Below the pieces are notes generated by a model. It searched no databases. It was not told the DNA's origin and saw nothing but the letters and a program-made list of their open reading frames with translations. The position numbers were made by a program, and so were the translations under genes. From the NCBI GenBank assembly GCA_951406725.2, contig OX597817.1, forward strand, positions 28,024,001 to 28,088,000: a DNA stretch of 64,000 nucleotides, written 5' to 3'. This DNA is from Octopus vulgaris (Eukaryota). The stretch's first letter is position 1; the number at the start of each line of letters is the position of its first letter. This document shows positions 1-14,177 of the stretch, in pieces.

Positions 1-339
1 ATATATATACATATACACATATACATTTATATATACACATACACATACATCAAAAGTAATGATAATGGTTTTGTAAGCTTTCATGTTCAGAACAAACTGC
101 AAGGAACACTTAGGTAAATATGAAACGAAAAGAACTCCGACAAAGTAAAATCGGAGCACCGTAGATTCTTTGGGGTTTTCGCTTGTTTGTTGTTTGTTTT
201 AATTTAGGACAAGCACACGCGCGCGCATGCACATAGATACATATATTTATATGTATATGTGTGTATATGTGCATTTATCTTATCTATGTAGAAATTTTTG
301 TGATTTCACATATACATATGCCACATTCATATATATTTA

Positions 340-429
340 CAATAATCTCTCAACTATTGTGGGTATTAAGTTCCAAAATACCCCGCGATATGTGCAAATC
401 CGTGAAGTAGAAACAGTAGTGTTCCGTAC

Positions 430-508
<79 letters not shown>

Positions 509-652
509 AAGATAGATAGATATTATAATTTCTACATATTTATTTTATTATAAATGCAAGACAACACCACGTAGGAATCTGCGTAAGCTTAAATAATAAA
601 CCGCGATAGGTGAACAGCGATAGGTGAACCGCGATATGGCGAGGAATTACTG
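340..652. mobile_element. Tigger/pogo-like MITE with internal (GATA)n
   Basis: Left end TA|CAATAATCTCTCAACTATTGTGGG resembles the reverse complement of right end CCGCGATATGGCGAGGAATTACTG|TA; TA flanks. Confidence 0.65.
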
Positions 653-689
653 TACTTATAAATGAATATATATGTTTCTCTTTCATCTT

Positions 690-915
690 TCTTTTTCTCA
701 CTTGTTTCAGTGATTAGATTGCGGCCACGCTAGAGCATTGTCAGTGAGGATTTTTTGTCGTATTAAATATTTTTTCTCTTAAGCTTAGTACTTATTCTAT
801 CGCTCCCTTTTTACCGAACCGTTACGGAGACATAGATCACCAATACTGGTGGTCGAGTGACACTATGGTACAAACACAGACAAAAAGACATAGAAACATG
901 CAAACACACACAGAG
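690..915 (-). mobile_element. Decayed 3' half of SINE family A
   Basis: Diverged match to the full copy at 12561-12963 (cttgtttcagt..gcggcca..gtacttattctatc..ccgaaccg). Confidence 0.7.
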
Positions 916-920
916 ATATG

Positions 921-960
<40 letters not shown>

Positions 961-1285
961 TGCGTGTGTGTGTTTGTGTGTTTGCGAGCATAGAGTGTTT
1001 GAAGTAGTGTACAGTTATTGTATAATTTTTTATTAGCGCTTTTGTTCGTTTATCGAACTCGTCATGACAAAATCAAAATGGTAAAGACAGAACGCTTTGT
1101 TGTTCATTTATATGAAACGGATGGCTTTTTCTTTTTTGCTTTGTTTAGAAGAGGAGAAAAATATTTTTCTGCTTTTGGAACAAGGCAGAAAAAAAGAAAG
1201 GAAAAGCAAAGGCGGGAACAAAAATAGACGGAAAGAGGTTTCTGGACAATCAAGAAAGAGGGAAAAAATAAAGGATTGAAAAATG

Positions 1286-1456
<171 letters not shown>

Positions 1457-2349
1457 GAAATATGTAGAGAGGAAAAGAGAGCGTGAGTAAGTGAGAGAGT
1501 AGTGTTTTTTAGTTTCAGTGGTAAGCCCATTGAAATTTCATTACAAAGCATTTTTTTATTTTTCTTTCCTTTCTTTTCTTCTTTTTTCTCTTCTTTCCTT
1601 CCCCATTGTATACTTATCAACATATTTGTAAATAGACACATTTTCCCACAAGGGCTGGTGAGAAAGATGTACTCACTGAAAAATACAAAAAAACGTTTAA
1701 AGTTCAGAGTCCTATGAAAATGTATATTCCTTTACACATGTATAGTCAAATCCCATATTCTGTGTAATTCCATGTTTTGCACGAACAAACATTAAATGTT
1801 AGTACAAAATTCCTAAATTAGGAAAATAATGTCATAATATAAAAAATTATTTGAGTTCGGTACTGTTTATAATTTAATCTATTCTCTATGTACATTTAAC
1901 CAAACATCATAAATGAGTTTTGTAATTACGTATATATTGTATATTTAGCTGGAAGCCAATCTGTAGGACATAACTTACATCACAAAGCAGGCCTGCTTAA
2001 ATATATTGTTGAGTATCTTTCATTCTTTTGTAGGATTTCTTTTTATTCTTTTACTTCCTTGGATAAGATAATTCAAAAGAGATCTTTTTCACAAGTTACT
2101 TTGCCAAGTAGCTACATTATATATCTTTCCTGACCTGTGGTTCTAGTATTCTTTCTCGTGTATATGTAAGCTCTATGAGAGCAACAGTTGTCAAAATCCT
2201 AATGTTATACATATATATTTGATCATTTATAGAGGTGAGTATCATGTTATTAACACCGGAGCCACATTCAGAAACAACAGTAACACTGTAATATAAATGT
2301 TTTCTCTTCATTCATCATTATTACTATTAAAAAATTAACATTAAAGTTG

Positions 2350-5300
2350 TAAAATGATCATGAAGAAATTTTTTGGCAGACACCAAAACCATCAAGTGTA
2401 CGTTGATGTAACCTTACATGGTATGTGAATATTGTTAGACAACAACATAGCATTCATTTAATGTTAAGAGAATGTTTTGATGAAGTGTGGCTCCATTGCT
2501 TTTCGGAACTTTGTGTCATCTCTTGAACATTTGTGAAAGAGAAACATTTTGAACTTTTCTTCACCACATATTTCTAGATGCTTGCTCAGTGGAATCTTGC
2601 GCAATTCCTTTTATTGCATTTGTTGTCGGTGGATACTTACGCGTTGGTAGGGGGAATTTTTTGTTTCGCCAATGTAATTTTCCTTGCAGTCGGGGCAAGT
2701 AATACAATATTCTACGTCGTGCTGTTCTTACCTGCGTTTACTTTGAACGAGAATCCGCTCCTGAATTTTATGTGGGAACCACCTTCTAAATATTTAATGT
2801 TGTTGAAAGTTGTTGCATGTTCCACGCCTGCTTTCTCTAATTTCTTTTACGGAGAATTTTGATTCATTCTCTGATGTGAATTTTGTTCTTATGAGATGTT
2901 TTCGAGATTTCTGGTTACCGTCTGCTGTTTCATAAGCGGTTTTTATGAATCATATTTTTCATTTTGGAGCATTGTAGAAGTAGAAGTAGGTTTATTTTTA
3001 TGGTGTGAAAGATGTTGGCTACCCCAGGATTGTGTGTATTAATAAATGGAATCTTGTGTTCATTGACTTTTTTTCCTTCAGCATCCTTAGTTGTGTGATG
3101 CTCAGATTCATTGCCTTTTTAATTCCATCATGTATTAATCCTAAGAGGTATTTAGGTTTTTGGTACGAAGCCTTTGACCTCGTTGAGTCCGATTTGACAT
3201 ATTTTGGGTCAATCGCAATAGTACAGATACGTCTTGCCATGCTGTATGGGATGTTCCTTTTGATGTGTGAGGGATGGCAACAACAGAAATTCAAATATTG
3301 CTGCGTGTCCGTTTTTTCTTCTTTTTTTTTGAAAAATATGTTTGCTGTATCTGTTAAGTTGTGTATTTTTATGTATTGGCTCCTCTGCTCATTCACTCTT
3401 CTCTGTATTTCGGAGCTTTTGTGGATTTTGGGTAATCCGTAGCAGTTGCTCTCATTGATTACAAAGTTGCATAAATAATCTTTCTCCTTGTCTGTGAAGG
3501 TATTCATTAATTAAAGGCGGCGAGCTGGCAGAAACGTTAGCACGCCAGATGAAATGCTTAGCGGTATTTCGTCTGTCGTTACGTTGTGAGTTCAAATTCC
3601 GCCGAGGTTGACTTTGCCTTTCATCCTTTCGGGGTCGATAAATTAAGTACCAGTTACGCACTGGGGTCGATGTAATCGACTTAATACCTATGTCTGTCCT
3701 TGTTTGTCCCCCTCTATGTTTAGCCCCTTGTGGGTAATAAAGAAATAGGTATTCATTAATTAGTGTTTTGATATTATTCATTATTACTTTTTCCAGGTGT
3801 CTTGGTTCTTCCTTGTAATAAGTTTGGTCAGTTAGAATTTCCAACATTTTATCTTTATAGTAGTCTTTGCCTATGATTCCTATCACCCCTCCTTTATCGG
3901 CTTCTTTTAAGACGAGTGAATTGTCATTCTTCAGTTTTAGTAAGGCTTCCTTTTCTTCTTCACGAAGATTTTGTTTGCACTTACGTGTACTTAGAGAAAA
4001 TTTCAAAATAACGGCTATATATGCGTCTAAATGTTTGTCATTCCTCTTGTAGCGGGAGAAGTGAAATTTATTTTTGACAATTGATTAGTCGTTTATATCC
4101 TTATTGCCGAAGAATTCTATAAGTCGGTGGCGGCGGTTAAAATGCTCTGCTCAATGTCAGCATTTAGTTCAATGCGATTAGGTGTGGGTGTCGGGATAAA
4201 TTTGAAACCTTTCAATAAGAGATTCATATCATTCTTCTTGAGGTTTCTATTTGAGAAATTTATGATCTTTGGGTCTATATGTTATGTGCTCATTAACATT
4301 TTCTGTTGTGTCATGTTTCGTGCGTGATTGTGGTATTTTCTCCCTAAAAAAGGAATTGTATTATTGTTTCCATTTTCTGTTTCCGGGGTTCTGATTCCCT
4401 CGTAGGTGAGGAGATGGTTCATGCTTTTTGTAGGTATTTCGTTGTCAACATGTTCTGTCTTCTTTCCATCTTCTATGTTTATTGGGCCATTCAGGATGCA
4501 TGGGACCGTTGGTTATAAATCGTGGGTTTCTTGAGTTTCCATCATGATTATTCATATTGCGGTTTCTGTGTTGTCCATATTTTATTCGTCTTTCTTTCTA
4601 TGCAGTCATTCATTTAGGGTACTTGGTATTATGGGTTGACAGTTGTGTGTATGTTACTTGTCTTTCCTGTCTTTTTCCCCATGTATTCATCCATCTAGTG
4701 TATTTGGTATTATGAGCTGATGGTTGACTTCTATATTCCATGTGTTTGTTCATTGCAGTGTTATGTTTTTGTATTGCAGAATATGAGTTTCTAGTCTGCA
4801 CTTTGGACAGGCTGGAGGTCATCGCTGCATATGTTCTTGGATAGCTAGAGGTTCGATACCTTAGACCTGGTTCCTCTGGTGTTGGTGTCATTTTGTTCTT
4901 ATTTCCTTGTATTTTTTGTTGTTGTGTTTTCGTTTTCATAATCGATATTTCTCCATAGTTTTTTTTTTAATACTTAGTGAACCATTCTTGTTGTTTATCG
5001 TACGTTTTTATGGATTTTTCTTCTTTCCGCTTAGTGTCTTCTTTCCATAATTGTTGTGTAATGTTTCATGACTTTGTTTGTCACTCCGTTTGACGATTTC
5101 AGCAAACATAAATGCATCAGTTGTTTTGACCCCCTCTTCGCGTCGTATTTTTTGCAATTAGAGAAAAGAAATTTCCGCTTCCAGTCGGAATAAAGCTAAG
5201 TTTGTACGTGTCATCGAATTTTCAAGTGTTTCACTTATTATTTCTTTAATAAGAAATTTTCTGGGAAGGATTGGTTTTTCTTTGCTTCGTCGATTTTGGT

Positions 5301-5500
5301 AGGTTTTGGCTATATTGTTACATCGAATGTTTTTCATGTTTACGTTGATTTAGAAGCTTGTTCCAGAGTTGTGGCTTCAAAAGATTTTGCTGTTGTATAT
5401 CAATTCTTGCTTCTTTCTTGTAAAGTTTTCTTTTAGACAGGCATCGTTCATGAGTAGCGCCTGTGTCGTTCATTCTTATTGTTAGAGTACCTACTGTATG
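2350..5500 (-). mobile_element. Decayed Penelope-like retroelement (RT fragments plus C-terminal GIY-YIG endonuclease)
   Basis: Minus-strand PLE motifs KEADKGG..KDY, YGLPKIHK, KTDTQQYL..CHPSHIKRNIPYS, and YCITCPDCKENYIGET (~2660-2715). Frameshifts, stops and a SINE interruption; ends approximate. Confidence 0.85.
3514..3746 (+). mobile_element. SINE family B (tRNA-like head), with 16-bp TSD
   Basis: TSD AGGTATTCATTAATTA at 3498-3513 and 3747-3762; GGCGGCGAGCTGGCAGAA head; GTTCAAAT B box; many copies in the window. Confidence 0.92.
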
Positions 5501-5511
5501 AATATTATTCA

Positions 5512-5620
5512 CAGGTTCATCTGCAGTGGTGAAAACTGTGTCAAGTGTCTCCTACTATAGCCTAGGGTCGACCAAAGCCTTGTGTGTAAGCTTGGTAGAC
5601 GGAAAGTGAAAAAGCCCGTC

Positions 5621-5664
<44 letters not shown>

Positions 5665-6026
5665 CTGAAAACTATTTACAGTCTTGGATTTTTTATCTCA
5701 TTCTGTTAATTTATATATGCATTCTAATACATGGCCCACGTTGGACACCTCAATCGTATTATTGTCGAACCTGGAGCTTAACCAGGGTCTATCCCTAGCA
5801 CTTACTCAGCGTTACGCGACACCTTTTGGGTTTTCTTGACACCAATACTTCTCATGAACCATGGCAATCTAAAAGAACAATTTACGATAAAGAAGCAAGA
5901 ATTGATATACAACAGTAAAATCATTTGAAACCACAACTCTGGAACAAGCTTCTAAATCAACGTAAAAATGAATATTGGAAAATCATTCGATGTAACAGTA
6001 TAAACAAAACCTACCAATATATATAT

Positions 6027-6091
<65 letters not shown>

Positions 6092-6325
6092 ATAAAAGAA
6101 TTGATAAAAGGTGAGTTTTTTCTAATATTTTATATATATATATATTGTATGCGTGTATGTCCGTGTTTGACACTCCATCACCACTGGACAACTGCTGTTG
6201 GTATGTTCACCAAAACCGATAAAATAACATACCTGGTTTTAAAATGAGTACATTCGCCTGAAGATTTTAGGCGGTGCCCTAGCATGGCCGAAGTCTAATG
6301 ACTGAAACAGATAAAATATAACAGA
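5512..6325 (+). mobile_element. Decayed SINE family A split at its internal (TA)n by a PLE fragment (5660-6017)
   Basis: 5' half at 5512-5622 and 3' half at ~6150-6325 match family A; 5868-6017 is an inverted match to 5295-5437. Confidence 0.7.
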
Positions 6326-6670
6326 TACGTTCAGACAGAGAGAAGAACAAATGTGCATATACATATGTAATTGCTCTCGATAGAATTCAAAGCCAAAACT
6401 TTGAGAACCAAAATATTCTTTCTACCCTAGTATTTTTTTTTCGGATGGTTAATTTCTTACATTAAGTAAAGGTTTCTAATTTGAGAGAATAACATGTAAG
6501 CGATATATTTTCTAATCGAATTTTCTAGAATGAATTGTAATATCGATCCTTGCTGAGGTTTAAAACATATTGTAAAAATATGCAATTAAATGTTAGAAAA
6601 CAATTAGCATGCACACCACCGATTCTATGATACAGTCTGTTTAACACAAATTCTTTATTTATATATATAT

Positions 6671-6984
6671 CACCGTGATTACTGTGACTGACCAGGCTAT
6701 CAGATGTTGCTACACATCGGTAGCCATATTGCGTTACGCATTGTCTTAGCCTTCAAATGCCGCCACCCCGCTGGCTAAGCGAGCAGGCCAACACAAGAAA
6801 GAGTGACAGAAAGTTGTGGAGAAAGTTGAGTACACGGGGACCGCCACCACCCCCTTGCCGGAGCCTCATGGAGCTTTAGGCGTTTTCGCTCAATAAACAC
6901 TCACAACGCCCGGTCTGGGAATCGAAACCGCGATCCTGCGACTGAGAGTCCGCTGCCCTAACCATTGGGCCATTGCGCCTCCAC
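6671..6984 (-). mobile_element. tRNA-derived SINE family C (head 1, tail 1)
   Basis: Head GTGGAGGCGCAATGGCCCAATGGTTAGG..GGTTTCGATTCC with A/B boxes, shared with 23184-23553. Confidence 0.85.
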
Positions 6985-7244
6985 ACGCACACACACACAC
7001 ACACAGACGCACACACGCACACACACACACACACACATACACACACACACACATATATATATATATACATGTGAGAACTTGAATTCATGATTATATACTT
7101 GTAAAACATTTTATAATCTATGCTGTTCAGATGAGGTTAGAGAATTTTACCGTGAACAAAAGGAACGATTTTGACTAAGAGTTAATCTCATCACAGTCTT
7201 GTTTTATTTACAGCTTTATTCTCTGCTGCTCACCAAATATTGGT

Positions 7245-7455
7245 TTCAAATTTTAGCACAAGGGCAACAAGTTCCGAGGAGGTGATAAGTCTTGTTGGTT
7301 TTATTGCTCAACTGGTACTTAATTTATCGACCCTGAAAAGATACAAAGTGAAGACGACCTCGGCGTAATTTAAACTCGGAGCGTAAAGACGGATGAAATG
7401 CCGCTAAGCATTTTTTCCTGTATGGTAACGCTTCTGTCAGGTCGCTGCATTCTGC
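7245..7455 (-). mobile_element. Decayed SINE family B variant
   Basis: actggtacttaatttatcgaccc..gacctcggcg..ccgctaagcattt matches the reverse complement of family B. Confidence 0.75.
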
Positions 7456-9109
7456 CGCTCATCATATATTAAATTGTAGTATTTGAACAAATCTAGTTTG
7501 TTTCAGATTTAGATTTGTCATAGGGGATCGTTTTATACTCCATGTAGAATATGTGAGCATTAAAAACTTTGGTATACAATAAGTTAACATGGATGAAGGA
7601 AATCGTTTGTATGCTACATTTAGGTAGGAATACTGGGAAAATGGCGCAGTTTTTGTTTCCATTGGAATTTTACCTCCTTTGTAAATATTGTTTGTTTGAT
7701 GTTGCATATGCGTGTTCTTAACGAGGAAGCTCAACAGGTTTTAAGAGGAAAAATATGATGAAAAACATTTTTCATAACTTAATTAGATGAATATGAAATG
7801 TTTCTCGGATAAGTACACTTTTAACAGTTCATAAATTTCTATTTGAGACTTGAATTTCCTATATAATTGTTGATGTTAAAAGTATAAAATGTATCCGGTA
7901 CCTTTTTTTAAATGTAAATTATATAATCCATTGCATACTGACAGTCTTTAATTTGTTATCACTAGTTTTCCTTAATGAATTTAAACTGCTTATTGTATTT
8001 TCTTAGACTCTTTCAGTGAAAGATTATTGGATAATAATTTTATCGGTATGGTTCAATAAATTATATACTACTATATTTTCTATTTTATAAAATTTTATTT
8101 TCAACAATGATGGCTATAAAAATCCAGACTATAAAAAAAACTCATAAAGGAATTTTATCAAAATCTGTTAATTAAAATAACTAACTCATCGTTGCCCTAA
8201 TCATTTATACAAATGATTCATAGATGCAAAGGTTTTTGACGAGGTACTTAATACTATGAAAGCAAGAAAATCTTGTTTACATACCAAGGATATTTTACAT
8301 ATTATTAAGATACTTTTCGACAAGTACTGTTTAAGTTAGTGATTCTGTATATTCACAGTAAAAGCATAATGAAAATAAATATTTAAATATTTGAACATGA
8401 AAAGAAAATGGTGATGGAAAAGTGTTTGGTGTGTGAGGATATTTAGTGTGCATGCGAGTTAGCTTTCTGTAGATTTTATCATGAGCTACATGAAAAAAAA
8501 ACCCTAAAGCAGGTTATAAAGATATAGTATTACTGAATATAAAAACTAGTGTATTTTCTTGTCCCTCTAAAGAACAGTATTCAAGCATAAATGATACACA
8601 TTTTGACACATGGAACATTGTGGTAAATAAGGAGATATATTTGAAAGATTTTCATACAGATAATTTAAAAACTAATTTGCTCATATCATTCAAACTTTAG
8701 TAAGATATTAAATATCACCTATATCTAACAAGCATTTCTCAAATTATTTGTGAATCGATACACTTCTTTAACTCATCAAATTTCACACGATCATTGATAT
8801 TAAATGTATATGAGTGTAGAGTGTGTGTTATATGGTGTTTTATCTCTAATAAATTCTTTATTGCTATAAAGTGTTAACGTCTTCGGATATATTTCAGTCA
8901 CACCGATATCACACAATTAATGTTTCTATTGTAAGGAGAGTGGGGCTTTTAAGAAAACATAATCACACTTAGCTTGAAATAAATATGACAAAATTATATG
9001 AATAATATATACTTACTTTAACACTTATGTCAATAAGAAAGAAAATAGCATATGTTCCATATATTCACACACACAAGCGCATATAGAAATCTAACCAGTA
9101 TCATAAGAC

Positions 9110-9223
<114 letters not shown>

Positions 9224-12200
9224 GTATGTATGTATATATATACATAAGCATATATATACATATATATATGCATGTACATATGTATATGTATGTACGTATG
9301 TATGTATTTATGTATGTATGCATGTATGTATGCGGCATTGTGGTGAAAAAGTGTGTGTGTGTGCCTCATAATTTATTGGTGTCAACTGAAGACAGAATAT
9401 AACATAAAATATCGTTAAGTAAATTATGTTACAGTGATAGAATTTCCTTGAAATTAATTATTTATTTTGGACGTTAAAGGAAGCGAAGCAATCAGGTTAG
9501 AGAAAACAAGTTTCGCCGAGCAAATTCTTCCCGAACTAATGTTGTGTTGACAACAGTGTGCTGTCATCTTATTGTACGACAAATATTTCACCACCATTGT
9601 TGACTAAATATGCTGAGCATATGATTTATGATCATTTTAAATAGTCACTAAAAAGACATTAAATACACCCAGACAAAACATGATGAAGGAAAATAAAGAT
9701 ACCAAAAAATAACAAAGAAGAAATTCCCTTATAAGTGACCGAATTATTTCTGAAGATTATATTAATATTTCTACAGAAATATTCCGCTGAACATGGACAT
9801 CTACTTGCACATGTATACTTAGATACGAATACAATTCTTTACATATTTCTGTTTGCTAAAACATGAGAATGTTTGTAGGTTTATTTGTATATGTACATGC
9901 TCATATTATTCTTAATGTGCAATTGATATATGTTATGAGTAAATGTGTTTCAATATACTCTTGCAAGAATGAAATGTGAAAGGATTGTAGGGCAAGCTTT
10001 ATAATACACGGCCTCTTCCACAGATAAGCTACATAAAATTCCTTATGTCATCTCTGCTATCAGAATACATATTGTTCTCCTCGTTTCGAAGCTACTAAGT
10101 TGTACAAAGCCGTGTATTTGTTCTATGGGAACTTGTTGAAATGTTTCTAGTGAAACAACATGACTTTATTTGTATTTACTTAATGAGCGGGTGTTGTTGC
10201 CATTTTTGTTTAACACATGCAAAGCCACGATCGAGTCGCCCTAGATTTCGTAGGTAGCTGATTGAACCAAAAGCTGCCAGATTCTCTACTACAGATATAC
10301 CCTACTATAGTTTGCAATTTAATGACCAATTATTTATTGTATAGAGTACATTGTAACAACCCGAGCATATTTTTCTCTGTCTCTCTCCCTCCCTCTCCCT
10401 CTCCTGTACATTATGCTCCTCTATGCCTGTAGATTTTGACAGAATGAAATAAATTAATTTGTTAAGAGCTTATCTGAACTAGTCACTGTGTGCAAAGCAC
10501 TGTCTGTATGGATAACTCATCGATTCGGACTTTTGCCGTGTGTGAGTATGTAAAGCTGACATGGTGCATTGTATCCTTCAACTACATCCCAAGAAATATT
10601 TTGCCTCTGTCTCATAAGCCATTTACTTCTATGTCTATTTTCTTATAATATTTTGCCATCAATGTCAGTAGTATATATTGAGCATATAAATTATGACCAA
10701 TTATTAAAATTAAGTACATTTTAAACACTACTCTCATATGTCCTCCCTCTAAATTTACTTGTTTGCTGCATTCGGAGCTGAATGGTGTTAAGACCCCTAA
10801 AGTCAATATATATTTCTATGGAATGCAAATCTAATGTTCATTTACATCTTTTATTAATTCTAATTGTAGTAAATTTAATATTCCAGAATGTTTTCAGCAA
10901 TAGTTTCCCCGGAATAAATTTACGTCATTTATAATTCATATTTTGTCTTAGAATCATAATAATGTATCTGGAAGCTAACTATAAGAATTCTATATTTACT
11001 TTATCAACAAAGACCAGCTATTATTATTTTTACAAGGAATATTATTGCTCAGCTTCTAAATATCAGTTTGATTGATCTTCCTGGAGGTTAACGTGTAGTA
11101 AAACATAATTAAAACAAAGAAAATAGATATTTGTCTGCACAATAAAGTAAACAGTAATTTGTACCTTCAATATTACATCCATATTATCAAATGCTTTACA
11201 TGCTCGATATTTTACTTCGTGCGCTTCTCAGAAGTTATGTGTATTTTAGGTTGAAATTATTTCTCAATCCTATAGAGGTGCAAGATTTATGTTGAAGTGG
11301 AAATGGATCATCATGACTTTCCTGTGTTTATTGTCTTGGATTTTAGCACATCATTGATCCTGGTGAAAAGTGAGTTAGTCAAAAACTCCAATACTTCCTC
11401 ACGCCCCCCAATGAAGCCAGACATTACGATATTATATCTCCAATATTCATAATTAGTAAATCATTAACTTTCTTGCATTAAGCGCAACTCCATCAAGGCA
11501 ACAGGTTGGGGAGGTTTTTACATTTCAGGTGGGTTTTCTTTTTTAATGCTATTTATCGCTTTATTTCCTATTTACTACCATTACTAAGTAGCTAACGTTA
11601 TTAAAATGGCGTTCACTTCTACTTTACTTTCTCTCTCTCTCTCTTATTCATTTCTATATTCTGCCCTGAAATGATACTTTTATGTGTCTTATTTTCTTTC
11701 AGGAGATGCGTCTCAGCAAGTAATAATGATGTAATAATGAGGCAGGTTTTCTTTATATGTATATATATATTTGTGACAGAGTGTACGTGTGTGTTTAATT
11801 GAAGCTATTATTTGAAGACAAATTTCAGAATAGCAATGGAACATACAACGATAATGACTCAGTATTAAGGTAAAGTTAAATTTACTGAAAACTTCGTCTG
11901 TGAGTTTATACAAACAGTGAAGCGAAATACTGTGCTTGCATTTTCTTAAAAACCCGCTTCATTCATTACTCTGTATTTAGCTGGTAATCTTTTAAGATAT
12001 CATAACTGACATTTAATAAAGACTTATAAAGTATTGCTTATCTCTAATTTGTTCGTGTGATAGTGGTTACTATACATTTTTAGTTTTAGCTTTTGCCGAC
12101 GACATTATTCTCGTCAGCTGGATTTAACTTCTAACAACTAACGCTAATCTCATTTGCATCTGAACCTGATTTCAATGGCACTTATTTACGATACTTAGTA

Positions 12201-12560
12201 ACACTAAGTGTTTAATGAAAACATTACTTAATGGATACGCGCGAAATACATACGTGCATATATTCACAGTAATATTCAGTGAAAATGTAATATTTATAGT
12301 GCCATTTGTTTTTTTAAAAGCTTACATATATTCTTATTGAATACAACGTAACATAAACTTAAATTTTATTATGAATCATTATAAATAAGATTCTGAAGTA
12401 GGTGTTTAATACAAACTTGCATTTGTAAGCAACAACACATCCACAGAAATTTTGCGTACATACATACAGATAACTGCAAAAACGAATATATTTATATTTC
12501 TTCACACAAAATTCACTTCATACATTCACACTCTTTAGAATAAAATCAACCCTGAGTTTT

Positions 12561-12963
12561 CTCTTTTTCTCTTTCTCTTTTACTTGTTTCAGTCATTTGA
12601 CTGCGGCCATGCTGGAGCACCGCCTTTAATCGAGCAACTCGACCCCGGGACTTATTCATTGTAAGCCCAGTACTTATTCTATCGGTCTCTTTTTTGCCGA
12701 ACCACTAAGTGACGGGGACGTAAACACACCAGCATCGGTTGTCAAGCGATGCTAGGGGGACAAACACAGACACACAAACACACACATATACATATATATA
12801 TATACGACAGGCTTCTTTCAGTTTCCGTCTACTAAATCCACTCACAAGGCATTGGTCGGCCCGGGGCTATAGCAGAAGACACTTGCCCAAGATGCCACGC
12901 AGTGGGACTGAACCCGGAACCATGTGGTTGGTTAGCAAGCTACTTACCACACAGCCATACTCC
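12561..12963 (-). mobile_element. Full-length tRNA-derived SINE family A
   Basis: Head GG..TGGCTGTGTGGTAAG..GGTTCAGTCCC, internal CA/TA microsatellite, AAAGAG-type tail; near-identical to 20583, 25151, 28745 and 38648. Confidence 0.92.
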
Positions 12964-13826
12964 ATTTAAATAGCTACTTAAGTAACTGTAATAACAATAG
13001 CAGCAAAAGTTATTTAAATTTAGGATATCTAATAGTCAACTACGGAGAGATTACGTAATCACATATCTTGGAGGAAATTACACTCTTTATTATTATACAA
13101 ACAACAGGCGAAATATGTTTTTACGCCTCGAAATCCACTGGAAATTGCATATTGAGATCACTTTAAAATGAAGTAACTTCGAGGAACAATACCTGGTTGA
13201 TCACATTAAGCAAATAAAGTGCATGAGACTGACAATTCTAATTATTATAGCCCAACTGATAACATCTACGATATTAATAACATTTTTTCATTGTACATTA
13301 TGAAACCCGAATAGGACTGCTTTAATGCTGACAATATATAATAGTCTTGTTTCTGTGGCTGTTCTAGTTGTTGTCATCTGTTGCTCGTGCTATTAAATTA
13401 TTGTCCATACTTTTATTTTTGTTGCTGTTATTGTCATGCTTCAAGTTACCCCTATGATCATGAACTACCTATTCAAGATTATTTCGGTTTCTTTTAAGAC
13501 ACCGTATCTAAGAAAAGAATACTTGAAATCCTTCCCCTTCTTACATATAAGAAGTATATAAAAGTATATTCGAGAGTAATTTGATTGTTATTTCATGCAA
13601 GAAAAATGACCGCCTAATGTCTCCTGCGATCCTGCTGGGTTTATTTTATTTTATTTTTTGGTTTCTATTATTACTATTTTTGTGTAATACTTGTGTTATA
13701 TCGGTCAGTCTTGCCGAAGTGCTACATTGCGGAGTCGTAAACACACCAACATTGGCTTTCAAGCGATGGTGGGAGAGAAAGACACATACTCACACATACA
13801 CATACATACATACATACATACATACA

Positions 13827-13905
<79 letters not shown>

Positions 13906-13958
13906 CAGAAATACTAAATTTCTAAATCTCTCGTAGAGACATGTACGGTGGTGGGGCG

Positions 13959-14177
13959 ATAGAATGGTTGTATACTGTCAATCTAACACGAACGGGACAG
14001 TAGGGGGTACACCACCGCTGTTTAGCCCTAGGAAGCATCGACGCCTCCTGATGGCTTTGACACATTTTTCCTGTGTCAAAGCCATCAGGAGGCGTCGATG
14101 CTTCCTAGAGCTAAACAGCGGTGGTTTACCCCCTACTGTCACGTTCGTGTTAGATTGACAGTATACAACCATTCTAT
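13959..14177. repeat. Near-perfect palindrome (106-bp arms, 7-nt loop) at a (TA)n array
   Basis: Arms 13959-14064 and 14072-14177 with 3 mismatches by eye; mirror ORFs in the track. Confidence 0.95.

Noticed and set aside
5080-5125. Hammerhead-like CTGATGC..GAAA on the minus strand of the PLE
   Set aside because: Core incomplete and stems I and III not convincing.
6900-6984. tRNA gene calls for SINE heads
   Set aside because: A/B boxes are present, but the heads continue into multi-copy SINE bodies and lack a proper acceptor stem.
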